DNA of 57,698 nucleotides. It comes from a virus (lineage: Duplodnaviria > Caudoviricetes). Positions 33,591-42,782 of the stretch are shown in pieces (within the stretch, counting starts at the first letter, position 1; each line of letters begins with the position of its first letter). The notes under the pieces are model-generated. The model was not told the origin of the DNA, did no database searches, and saw nothing but the letters and a program-made list of their open reading frames with translations. The DNA lies in the IMG/VR virus record IMGVR_UViG_3300032053_000088, positions 1 through 57,698 of that record; one strand, written 5' to 3'. The position numbers were made by a program, and so were the translations under genes.

Positions 33591-33677
33591 TGCGGGGACA
33601 GGCCGGAAGATGCCGGGGACGCTCATAACGTCCGTTCGAAAGAACTATGGTTGGTGTAACTCCAACCTCCGCTACCA
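33591..33677 (+). tRNA. tRNA-Met(CAT), initiator-like acceptor with long variable arm
   Basis: 1:72 mismatch, GCGGGG, ggacg-ctCATaa-cgtcc, gttc-gaaa-gaac variable arm. Confidence 0.7.
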
Positions 33678-33681
33678 ATTT

Positions 33682-33882
33682 AAGGTGTGGTAACTGCAAT
33701 CATATTATATTGCATAAAATAAAAAATAAAAATCCGCCTCAGTCAGCACTTAGGAAATGAACTGAGAATCGGTCAAAGGTGATGCTTTGTAAAAAACATT
33801 CAACAAGGTAAGTTGTTAAAATTCTCCCAACAGGGAAAAGTTGTAAAAAGACACTCTCAGATAAGAGTAAATTCCACATCTT
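33682..33882 (+). ncRNA. Putative structured RNA
   Basis: aaggtgtgg/ccacatctt closure, several hairpins, followed by GC hairpin 33897-33918. Confidence 0.35.
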
Positions 33883-33924
33883 GTGATAGTTAAAACGGGC
33901 CTCCTTTCTGGAGGCCCAATTTTT

Positions 33925-33998
33925 TGGGGATTGATGTAATGGTAGCATAGAACTCTCTGAAAGTTAAAGCGAAGGCTCGAATCCTTCATTCCCAACCA
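33925..33998 (+). tRNA. tRNA-Gln(CTG)
   Basis: U1-A72, loop ctCTGaa, CCA. Confidence 0.82.
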
Positions 33999-34043
33999 AA
34001 TTCTATTTGACATTTTTTCTTTCTGTGTTATATTTATTTGTAC

Positions 34044-34197
34044 AAGGCGGATACCTTATTTATTCCCCGTCGTATATTATACATGGGGTAATCGTGGAGA
34101 AGAAGTAGATAATTAAATTTATCGAAGACCGCGAAAGGATGCTCTAACCTAAATATGAGCTTTGAATCAGACAAGACACTGATAGACTATCCGCCTT
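34044..34197 (+). ncRNA. Stem-closed structured RNA with own promoter
   Basis: aaggcggata/tatccgcctt stem; promoter 34007-34034. Confidence 0.55.
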
Positions 34198-34204
34198 ATT
34201 TTTT

Positions 34205-34293
34205 GGACGGGTGGCTGAGTGGACTAAGGCGCGCGCTTGGAGAGCGTGAGTGGTTAATACCCACCGCAGGTTCAAATCCTGCTCCGTCCGCCA
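34205..34293 (+). tRNA. tRNA-Ser(GGA)
   Basis: Loop ttGGAga, long variable arm, CCA. Confidence 0.9.
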
Positions 34294-34306
34294 ATTCATA
34301 TATGTT

Positions 34307-34729
34307 ATGATGAAAGCTGGTTGTATTCCGTTTGTGGTTGAAGATGGTATAATTTATATGATGTTTTTTATACCATCCGATCCTCATTATGGTGGCGATA
34401 GATGGCAAATAGCTAAAGGAAAAGTTGAATCGTCGGATTTTGAGCGAGAATCATTAAGAGAAGCCAAGGAAGAATTGGGGTTAAAAAAATCCAACATCAA
34501 ATCGATTTATAGTGCCGGTATACACGAATTTCGTGGTGATCATAAAAAATACAAAATGAAGGTTTTTTATGCTAAAATTAAAGATAAAAAAGATTTTGAC
34601 GATCCTGAATATGAAACTAAAGACGTTGATTGGCTTACGATTGATGATTTTAGAGAATTAGGAAGACCGTCTCAACTACATATTGTTGAGTATGTTTATA
34701 ACTTGATAAAAAAGACGTTGTTATTTTAA
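34307..34729 (+). CDS. NUDIX hydrolase
   Basis: KGKVE...LREAKEELG Nudix box. Confidence 0.88.
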   Translation: MMKAGCIPFVVEDGIIYMMFFIPSDPHYGGDRWQIAKGKVESSDFERESLREAKEELGLKKSNIKSIYSAGIHEFRGDHKKYKMKVFYAKIKDKKDFDDPEYETKDVDWLTIDDFRELGRPSQLHIVEYVYNLIKKTLLF

Positions 34730-34732
34730 AGC

Positions 34733-34821
34733 GGAGGATTGCCAGAGTGGTAATTGGGCCAGTTTCGAAAACTGAGGCTGCGTTTAGACGCACATAAGTT
34801 CAACCCTTATATCCTCCGCCA
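34733..34821 (+). tRNA. tRNA-Ser(CGA)
   Basis: Loop ttCGAaa, long variable arm, CCA. Confidence 0.85.
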
Positions 34822-34923
34822 TTTTTATGTACAGAAACGACTTGACATAACCGTAGTTTTACGGTATGGTTATCAGTTGAAACATTAAACATTATTAACA
34901 AAAACCGATTAACAAATTATATT

Positions 34924-35577
34924 ATGAAAAAACTAATGGCAGCGATCACGCTGATACTACTATCATTCATTACTCCTGTAAACGCAGGCACTGTTACACT
35001 CGCCTGGGACCCGAATCCTGAGCCGGATATCGCTGGTTATAGGATATATTACAGAGAAATGGGTCAGTCATATGATACAAATAGAATTGGATCGGTTGTC
35101 ACAAACAGAACTACTGCTACTATCACAAACCTTTCCGATGGTAAAACATATTTCTTTGTAGCTACTGCATATAACACATCCGCGTTGGAAAGCGATTATT
35201 CCAATGAAGTGTGGACAGAAATGCCTCCTGCTTACAACATAACTACGTTGGGTGCAACTAATATAATCGCTAATAGAGCTACGCTACGATGTGAAATGAC
35301 CGGAGTTACAAATACTTGTGAAGTGTGGTTTGTATATGGAGTATCGTCTAACTCTCTTATCTTCACAAGTGTGAGAACGACCGAATTTCCAACTAACTCA
35401 ACTATTAAATCGTCTATTACGATTAGTAATCTTATCGCTTCCGTATATTGGTATCGTGCTAAGGTGTGGATGCCTTACAGAAATACAGAAGCATCCGGAA
35501 ATATTTTGTCATTCAGGAGAACTCCGCCGTCGCCGACAAATTTGAAGATCACAAATGTAGAAAAAATTGAAAGGTAA
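34924..35577 (+). CDS. Secreted fibronectin type III protein
   Basis: Signal peptide; VTLAWDPNPEPDIAGYRIYY...YFFVATAYN..LESDYSNEV. Confidence 0.88.
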   Translation: MKKLMAAITLILLSFITPVNAGTVTLAWDPNPEPDIAGYRIYYREMGQSYDTNRIGSVVTNRTTATITNLSDGKTYFFVATAYNTSALESDYSNEVWTEMPPAYNITTLGATNIIANRATLRCEMTGVTNTCEVWFVYGVSSNSLIFTSVRTTEFPTNSTIKSSITISNLIASVYWYRAKVWMPYRNTEASGNILSFRRTPPSPTNLKITNVEKIER

Positions 35578-35597
35578 AATATAGTTATATTATATAT

Positions 35598-35978
35598 ATG
35601 AAAAAATTCATCGCATCATTATTATTGGTATCTGGATTATCATTGACCTCTTTTGGGGCAACCTATCTGGATGTGTATTTAACATGGACCGGCAACTTTT
35701 CAGAAACAAATCTCGTAAGTAATTACGTTGTATATTGTGCTAGAGATGGAGGCACCAACTTTGTTCCGACAGTCACGGTTCCAGCGTCTACAAACGCGAC
35801 AAAGGCTAGAGTTCAGATTACTCCTGGAGTGACAAAGAAATTGACATTCAAGGTTACGGCCAAAAATGTAATAGGCGAATCCATCCCATCAAATCCAGTA
35901 GACGTTCCACAGGCCAACCCAACGGGTCCCATTCAATTGAATGTATTAAAGACAGAGGTTTATATTCCTCAAGAATAA
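35598..35978 (+). CDS. Secreted FN3-like protein
   Basis: Signal peptide; FKVTAKNVIGESIPSN. Confidence 0.75.
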   Translation: MKKFIASLLLVSGLSLTSFGATYLDVYLTWTGNFSETNLVSNYVVYCARDGGTNFVPTVTVPASTNATKARVQITPGVTKKLTFKVTAKNVIGESIPSNPVDVPQANPTGPIQLNVLKTEVYIPQE

Positions 35979-36022
35979 TATAATATATTGACAATTTCAT
36001 ATCGGCGTTGTATATTTTGTAT

Positions 36023-36346
36023 ATGACGCCGATAATTTTTTTGTGGTTCGGTATAGCAATGATATTTTACAGTTTCGCTGAATACTTTGTGAAGCTGTAT
36101 GCTCAATCGCCACGGTTAAGTATGGTATATGTATCGTTATTGTTTTATACGTTAAATACATTGTGTTGTTATCCAATCTTAGCTAAGTATAATTCAATAA
36201 CCATCACTGGAATGTTATGGGCAATGTGTAATATAATAATGTGTTTATTTGTTGGGATTATAATATTTGATGAGCCCTTGACATATAAACAAATTTTTGG
36301 TATAGTATTAGGTATAGTAGCAGTAATATTATTAAGTTGTAAATGA
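36023..36346 (+). CDS. SMR/EamA-like four-helix membrane protein
   Basis: 4 TM helices, FDEPLTYKQIFG motif. Confidence 0.75.
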   Translation: MTPIIFLWFGIAMIFYSFAEYFVKLYAQSPRLSMVYVSLLFYTLNTLCCYPILAKYNSITITGMLWAMCNIIMCLFVGIIIFDEPLTYKQIFGIVLGIVAVILLSCK

Positions 36347-36499
36347 AAAAACCAAAGTTATCAGATTATTTTATTGAATTACATAAGTTGTATGTTAGGA
36401 TACTTCGTCAAAAGGATGGATCACTAATAGAATATCTTAACGTCACAAAAGCACACTCAAAAGTATTTAAGACATACAGTAAAGGAGATTAAAAAAGTT

Positions 36500-37180
36500 A
36501 TGATTGAAAAATTAGAATTAAACGAACAAGAATTACAGGCCAATTACGAAGAATTCATTAAATTTATAAGTGGATTCTTCAAAGATGAAAGAAAAGAAAA
36601 ACTTCTACACATGTATTCTGAAAATGAAATGGGCTTGAGAGCGTGTATGGCCCCGGCCTCTATGGCAGAACATTTTCATTTGGCTGTTCCGGGAGGTTAT
36701 CTTCTTCACATTATGCACGTCGTTAAAGCAGCATATGGAATTAAAAAGATCTATAAAACGATGGGAGCCGCTATTAACTTTACCGACGAAGAAATGGTAT
36801 TCGCTGCTCTTCATCACGATCTTGGAAAGTTGGGTGACGATACTGGAGAATACTATATTGATCAAGACGAGGATTGGCAGAGAAGAAAAGGTTTCGTTTA
36901 CAAAATGAATTCAACCATTCAGTATCTTGAAGTGACTGATAGAGCAGTATACAATCTTCAACGATACGGAGTTGTTTATACTTGGAGGGAATATCTTGGT
37001 ATCAAACTAGCCGATGGTATGTATAATGATGACGCCGCGAAGTATCTTAAGACCACCAATGTTAATACATATCTCAAAACGAATCTACCACGAATTATTC
37101 ATGCTGCTGATTATGTTAGTACGGTATCAGAAAGAGACACACAATTTTTCGGCGGGCTAGTTAATCCTCTTACAGATTAA
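36500..37180 (+). CDS. HD-domain phosphohydrolase
   Basis: HLAVPGGYLLH, ALHHDLGK, IHAAD. Confidence 0.88.
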   Translation: MIEKLELNEQELQANYEEFIKFISGFFKDERKEKLLHMYSENEMGLRACMAPASMAEHFHLAVPGGYLLHIMHVVKAAYGIKKIYKTMGAAINFTDEEMVFAALHHDLGKLGDDTGEYYIDQDEDWQRRKGFVYKMNSTIQYLEVTDRAVYNLQRYGVVYTWREYLGIKLADGMYNDDAAKYLKTTNVNTYLKTNLPRIIHAADYVSTVSERDTQFFGGLVNPLTD

Positions 37181-37332
37181 AAAACGCTCGAAAAATCCCT
37201 TTAGTATAAAACAATCCTCTCTTCGTGTAAACGCTGAGAGGAATTTTTCTGTGAAATAGAACATCTCTGTTGAGACGGTATAGACATCTTGCGTGCAGTT
37301 TCATGTGCAACCACCTAGCACTAAAGGACCAT

Positions 37333-38715
37333 TTACATTTTTTCAATTTTTCCATTTTTGATCATCGTAGTAGGTTGTCCGCTGTATTTGTCAACTTCTT
37401 GCGCTTTAACGATGCCTGTAATCGGATAGGTTTCTCCGACGGTGAGTTTAAGATCTTTGGATGTCCACCACTTGATGTGGTTTCCGTCTAAATCTTCAAA
37501 CGCATACATAATAACAATACCCCCACGCCCCCAAGCAGATGGCTTGGGTCCATATACGGAAAGTAGTCTTCCATGAAACGACATTTTATCTCCTATTTTA
37601 CCAATGTAATCTTTACCTTTGGCCGCTGCTGCTTTTTTAATTTCGTTTTCTTTACGAATGTAAGAGTTAAAAACCCCCGCTAAATACCCAGCATTTTTTA
37701 TATTTAATGTAGAGGAATGGGCCACTACATGCAAATTGTGATAGTAGTTTGCCCATTCTGGAGCCTTGTCTCCCAAAATGTGAAAATCTTCTTTACGCAT
37801 CCATTCGATAGCGTTTTTGGCCAATCGTTCCGCTTCGTCTTTCAATGCCATATTTCCTTCTATTTTACCAAACACAAACGATTCTTCCGGGCGAGAAGAA
37901 AACATGACACTCGTAGCTTCATCGGATGTAGAAGGAAGATCGTATCCAGCCGATTTTTTTGAAATAAACTTTCCTCTGGCGACATACGTGAGAGCGATAT
38001 ATTTCATCAATGTATCTGTGCTGACGTGGTTTCGATAAGCATTGGGGGAATTTCGCTCGGCAGCATCCCACGATTCAGAATCAGGATCACCTTCACTTGA
38101 GATGGATTTTCTGAGTTCTTCAATCAGTTTAGCGTAGTTCAACAAAGCGTCAACACTGACACCAGGTAAAAATCTTTTTAAACAAGCACTACCGACTTGA
38201 ACCAAATCTCCACGTTTCTTATCGGTAAAATGTTCCGATGTATCCGTGTCAACTTGAAGTATAAAAGTGTTGAAACGTTCTCGTTTTTCCTTACAAACAT
38301 CACATTCGCCTTTAATCGTTTGATAGATTTCCGGAAGGTTTTTAACAGGAGAATTTGGAGCGATATTTAAAATGTTTTCTCCTTCGGGAGTATGTTGGAT
38401 TTTTCCAACTAACGTAAATCCTTCAATTCTAGGGGAATCTCCCTCAACTCTAATTTTATAATAAACTTCTATTCCAGCGACTTCTTCCTCCCCCCACGGA
38501 TTTTTTCTTTTAATTGGTTCTTCCCGTTTACTAATGGTTTGAATGGAAATGGGAGGAACTTTCCATTTTAACGCTTTTTTGTTTAATTCATCAATTTTGT
38601 ATTGTAAAAAATCCATCCCTTTCTGACCTACTTCAATTTCTCCCGAAAGATCGTTAACCTTAACTTCGTTCTCTTGTATGATAGTTTTTACAATATCCGT
38701 CAATGTGTTGTTCAT
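37333..38715 (-). CDS. Hypothetical phage protein with probable C-terminal OB-fold
   Basis: 460-aa ORF; CDVC...QVGSACL; YIGKIGDK. Confidence 0.8.
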   Translation of the reverse strand: MNNTLTDIVKTIIQENEVKVNDLSGEIEVGQKGMDFLQYKIDELNKKALKWKVPPISIQTISKREEPIKRKNPWGEEEVAGIEVYYKIRVEGDSPRIEGFTLVGKIQHTPEGENILNIAPNSPVKNLPEIYQTIKGECDVCKEKRERFNTFILQVDTDTSEHFTDKKRGDLVQVGSACLKRFLPGVSVDALLNYAKLIEELRKSISSEGDPDSESWDAAERNSPNAYRNHVSTDTLMKYIALTYVARGKFISKKSAGYDLPSTSDEATSVMFSSRPEESFVFGKIEGNMALKDEAERLAKNAIEWMRKEDFHILGDKAPEWANYYHNLHVVAHSSTLNIKNAGYLAGVFNSYIRKENEIKKAAAAKGKDYIGKIGDKMSFHGRLLSVYGPKPSAWGRGGIVIMYAFEDLDGNHIKWWTSKDLKLTVGETYPITGIVKAQEVDKYSGQPTTMIKNGKIEKM

Positions 38716-38830
38716 AATAGTAATAAATATATTTATTCTCTTTACAATTTACAAAAAAGTTGACAACCGAATGTCACCGTGATACAATTATAACACAATA
38801 TGAGAAAAAAACAAGTAAGAAAGATAAAAA

Positions 38831-39292
38831 ATGATGATGGAAACAGAAATGGCCGTAATTGAAAAATCGTTTAATCATAAAGAGTATTGTGATCGAGCGT
38901 CTAAAGTGTTTAGCCCGATATCTATGATGAAACATGTCATCTTTTTGGGTATTAAGGAATATCAAAAAGTAATAGAATCTACTCCAATTGGATCTCGGCT
39001 AGCCGTGGCGAAGTATCCAAATTTTTATAAACTTTATCTTTATTCATACCATTCTCCTGGAGAACCGTCATATCCTAGAGGAGGCGTTAAAGTGTGGAAC
39101 GAAACAGATCGTCAAATGCAGTCGTTTTATTTAGAGTCAGTTGCCATTCACCCACACCCAAATGGAGGAATGAAAAAATTCCGTGATCCAGTAGAAATAG
39201 ATGTTGACAATTTGGATGTTGTGAGCGAAGATATAGAAGAATCAAACAAAGAGGCTCCAAAGAAACGAAAAAGATTGGTTAATAGAAAGTAA
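38831..39292 (+). CDS. Hypothetical protein
   Basis: 153-aa ORF. Confidence 0.7.
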   Translation: MMMETEMAVIEKSFNHKEYCDRASKVFSPISMMKHVIFLGIKEYQKVIESTPIGSRLAVAKYPNFYKLYLYSYHSPGEPSYPRGGVKVWNETDRQMQSFYLESVAIHPHPNGGMKKFRDPVEIDVDNLDVVSEDIEESNKEAPKKRKRLVNRK

Positions 39293-39293
39293 T

Positions 39294-39557
39294 ATGAAAT
39301 TATCTAACAGGATTATTTTACCGTGCGATTGTTCTACTCACTCGCTGCAGATTGATAGAATAAATGAATGGAAGTGTTTTGAAATATCCGTTTGGCATCT
39401 TGGTCATTGTAGTCGTCCCCTCACTTGGAAAGAAAGAATCCGTTGGATATGGAGAATATTAACTACAGGAAATCCTTGGGCCGATTCTGTCATTTTAAAG
39501 GATTCGGATATGTTAAAAATATCCAAGTTTACTAATAAACAATTTACCAAAAAATAA
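39294..39557 (+). CDS. Hypothetical protein
   Basis: Operon-packed ORF. Confidence 0.7.
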   Translation: MKLSNRIILPCDCSTHSLQIDRINEWKCFEISVWHLGHCSRPLTWKERIRWIWRILTTGNPWADSVILKDSDMLKISKFTNKQFTKK

Positions 39558-39558
39558 T

Positions 39559-39864
39559 ATGTCTCATTTATCCAATAAAAAAATTTTAGATGTTAAACCA
39601 TGTATATGCCATGTATGTCAGTTATCTAGTAGAATACGAAATTTTTTGGATAAACTTCCATCAGAAATAAAAGTTGAGGGAGAACTTTTGATAGAAAACT
39701 TACGGAACGAAATGGAAGATGATAATACAAATTTAGAAGCTTTGCGTTTGAAAATTGCCGGCGTGTGGCCTAATGACCATACCGGAGGGAAGTATTACGA
39801 ACGCATTAATGGTGAACTATATGAAGTTCACGGAATAAAGGTAGATGAAAATGCCGAAAAATAA
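39559..39864 (+). CDS. Hypothetical protein
   Basis: Operon-packed ORF. Confidence 0.7.
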   Translation: MSHLSNKKILDVKPCICHVCQLSSRIRNFLDKLPSEIKVEGELLIENLRNEMEDDNTNLEALRLKIAGVWPNDHTGGKYYERINGELYEVHGIKVDENAEK

Positions 39865-40123
39865 CACAGAAAAGAAGGTTGAACAGGATGTCGTTCCTAC
39901 TCCAGTTCAAACTACAGTTGTATCCGCGGAACAAAATATTGAACCTACAAAATATGTTGTTGTGAGAAGTGGTCTGAGAGTATCTGATACAGAATATCTA
40001 ACCTCAAACAATCCGTCGGCTTTGGCGGAAAGAGATTTTTGGCAAAGAATTATCAACAAATACCCCGATGGGACCAAAATGGCTATCGTGGAATACAACA
40101 AAAAACTTCATAGGAATTGGTAA
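39845..40123 (+). CDS. Hypothetical protein
   Basis: Operon-packed ORF. Confidence 0.7.
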   Translation: MKMPKNNTEKKVEQDVVPTPVQTTVVSAEQNIEPTKYVVVRSGLRVSDTEYLTSNNPSALAERDFWQRIINKYPDGTKMAIVEYNKKLHRNW

Positions 40124-40130
40124 TAAAATT

Positions 40131-40493
40131 ATGAATGACAAAGTTATATTTTCAGAAGGTAACACACCAACTGAACCCATTAATCCCAATCCAAATAGTA
40201 AAATAGTTACTGATATAAATAAAGCTATGGAATTGATGGAAAAATGGAAGAGAAATCAATCTAATAAACCCACATCAGCTAACTATGGAGATACACCGGT
40301 CCTTTATATCCCCAAGAAACGTTGGCTCAAACCGGAAACAAAACCTGGTATTGTCGATCAGATTCTTGCCGCTACTACAAAATCGGAAGTAGAATCTTTA
40401 CTTAAAAAGGCAGCTGAATATAAAGGAATCAGTCCAAAAACATTGAGAAAAGCGGCAAAAGCCGTTGACAAGAAACTATTGTTTCTAAAGTAA
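40131..40493 (+). CDS. Hypothetical protein
   Basis: Operon-packed ORF. Confidence 0.7.
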   Translation: MNDKVIFSEGNTPTEPINPNPNSKIVTDINKAMELMEKWKRNQSNKPTSANYGDTPVLYIPKKRWLKPETKPGIVDQILAATTKSEVESLLKKAAEYKGISPKTLRKAAKAVDKKLLFLK

Positions 40494-40618
40494 TAGTTCA
40501 AAATTAAATAAATTACACTGCGCCGATTCTGCGCTGATAATGCGCTGATTGGCGCATTTTTTGTGCTCTTTACATTCGATTGATTGATATTTATATGTGT
40601 AAATACTAATATAACAAA

Positions 40619-41029
40619 ATGCCATGGCAGATGAAAAAAATCACACCTAAATATTTATTTACCGAATACATTTTACCATCTAATGATGTAGAATTACAGA
40701 AGTTTTCAAAAAATTATAAACTTGATATGATGGAACAAGTTGTGTCTTCTATTGATTACGCTTTTAAACACAATTTACCATTTATTGAAGTTTTTCAATT
40801 TAAAAACTCAGATTACGTAATAACTTTATCTGAGAAGGATTACCCAGCCAACCTAGATCATATATACAATTTTTATTTAGAAATAGAATTATATGAATTG
40901 TGTAATAGGGCGGCTAAGTTACAACAAGCGATTAGGGATAAATCCAAAAATAATGAAAAAAAACAAAAGAACTCAAGAAAAGGCGTTGGACAAAAGTCCA
41001 ATAATTCCACAGAGAGACAAAATCCGTGA
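40619..41029 (+). CDS. Hypothetical protein
   Basis: 136-aa ORF upstream of phoH. Confidence 0.7.
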   Translation: MPWQMKKITPKYLFTEYILPSNDVELQKFSKNYKLDMMEQVVSSIDYAFKHNLPFIEVFQFKNSDYVITLSEKDYPANLDHIYNFYLEIELYELCNRAAKLQQAIRDKSKNNEKKQKNSRKGVGQKSNNSTERQNP

Positions 41030-42761
41030 GTTGTTAAAAATTCGTGAAAGGGAATTGACTCCAACTCAACAAAAATTCTTAGAAATAGCTACAGACAAAA
41101 ACACAAAATTGATGTTCGTATCAGGGCCTGCCGGAACATCAAAAACATATATGTCAATATATGTGGCACTTCACTTACTTAATGAAAGACGGATTAGTGA
41201 TATTATTTATATTAGAAGTGCAGTCGAATGTTCAGACGCAAAAATCGGATTTTTACCTGGAGAAATTGATGAAAAAATGTCTCCGTATATTCAACCACTT
41301 TTAGATAAAATGGCTGAACTTCTGTCAAAAGGAGATGTGGACACCCTTATGAAAGAAGAACGAGTAACAGGAGTTCCTGTGGGATTTTTGAGAGGATTAA
41401 ACTGGAACGCTAAAGTTATTATCGCAGACGAGTGTGTATCCGGAAATCAATTTATACAAACATCCGATGGAAAAATAAAATTGAAATCTCTTTATAATAA
41501 ATTTGTTCATAAAACCCCATTACCACTAATAAAAACTTATAATGAACATACGACTCATTTTGAAGATAAAAGAATTATACGTGTTATGAATAGGGGAATA
41601 CAAAAAACCGTTTCCGTGGTTTTAGGAAATAGAAATGTTGTTTGTACTTCTGATCATAAATTTTTAACAGAAAATGGATGGATAGAAGCTAAAAATCTTA
41701 CTTCATTTACTCCAGTTATAGCAAATAATGAACTAAAATTACAAACATTAGATGTCATGAATGACGATCAATTACAAATTTTTTTGGGATCGTTTTTGGG
41801 CGACGGACATGTTTCAAAAGTAGGAAATAACAGATATAGATTACGAATCATTCATGGAGAAAAACAGAAAGAATATTGTAGTTGGAAATCCAACATTTTT
41901 CATTCTAAACTTGAATTTATAAAGGAGAATGGATATTCTAAAAAACCAGCATTTCGATTTTCTACAAAATGTTTTGCTATGCCGTTTTCTATTCCAACAG
42001 ACCAAAAGAAAACATGTCCGAAATGGATAATTGATAAACTCGACGTGCGTGGTATATCCATTTGGTATATGGATGATGGAAGCATCAATAAATCCAAGAA
42101 TAATATAAAAATATCAACTTGTAGTTTTGATATTGATACTCAAAAATTATTTGTGGAAAAGTTCAAAACGTTTGGAATCGATTGCTCAATAAATGAAGAT
42201 AAAGGAAACGATTATTTGTATTATTATCTAAATTTTGATGCAGAAAATTCCAGAAAATTGATGGAGTTGGTTCGCCCATATATTCATGAAAATTTAGAAT
42301 ATAAATTGGATGTAGTTAGCAAAAATAAATACGTATTTAACAATAAATTTTTAAATTATCGTCATATTGTTCCTGACAAGATTATAAATAACGAGAATGA
42401 AGAGGTAGTATATGATATAGAAGTAGAAGATAATCACAATTTCATAATAACTTCAGGAACTCGTGGTAAATTGTTAAGAAGTTATTCGGGAGTTGTGGTT
42501 CATAATTGTCAAAATATGACCTATAAGGAGCTTTTTACATTAATAACACGCATTGGTCAGTTTAGTAAAGTATTTATTTTAGGTGATCCTGACCAATCGG
42601 ATATCAACGGAAAGAGCGGTTTTATAAAAATGTTGTCCAATTTCGAGGATGAAGAAAGTAAAGAAAATGGTATTCACGTTTTTAAATTTACCGACGAAGA
42701 TATCGTAAGAAGTGGGTTAGTTCAATTTATTATTAAAAAGGTCAAAAAAACAAATCAATAA
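40953..42761 (+). CDS. phoH: PhoH-family ATPase containing an intein
   Basis: GPAGTSKT, GFLPG, LRGL, ADE/CQN, GDPDQSD, DIVRS. Confidence 0.92.
   Translation: MKKNKRTQEKALDKSPIIPQRDKIRELLKIRERELTPTQQKFLEIATDKNTKLMFVSGPAGTSKTYMSIYVALHLLNERRISDIIYIRSAVECSDAKIGFLPGEIDEKMSPYIQPLLDKMAELLSKGDVDTLMKEERVTGVPVGFLRGLNWNAKVIIADECVSGNQFIQTSDGKIKLKSLYNKFVHKTPLPLIKTYNEHTTHFEDKRIIRVMNRGIQKTVSVVLGNRNVVCTSDHKFLTENGWIEAKNLTSFTPVIANNELKLQTLDVMNDDQLQIFLGSFLGDGHVSKVGNNRYRLRIIHGEKQKEYCSWKSNIFHSKLEFIKENGYSKKPAFRFSTKCFAMPFSIPTDQKKTCPKWIIDKLDVRGISIWYMDDGSINKSKNNIKISTCSFDIDTQKLFVEKFKTFGIDCSINEDKGNDYLYYYLNFDAENSRKLMELVRPYIHENLEYKLDVVSKNKYVFNNKFLNYRHIVPDKIINNENEEVVYDIEVEDNHNFIITSGTRGKLLRSYSGVVVHNCQNMTYKELFTLITRIGQFSKVFILGDPDQSDINGKSGFIKMLSNFEDEESKENGIHVFKFTDEDIVRSGLVQFIIKKVKKTNQ
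41433..42506 (+). mobile_element. Intein with LAGLIDADG homing endonuclease (358 aa)
   Basis: Starts CVSG, CTSDHKFLT block B, GSFLGDG and WYMDDG, ends VVHN before Cys+1. Confidence 0.92.
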
Positions 42762-42782
42762 CTATTTATAGGTTATAGTAAT

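Noticed and set aside
16451-34408. Short ORF-track entries overlapping tRNAs or ncRNAs (e.g. 16451-16735, 17794-18135, 19431-19613, 22389-22667, 23994-24203, 29673-29885, 34196-34408)
   Set aside because: Shadow ORFs of GC-richer RNA genes with no protein features.
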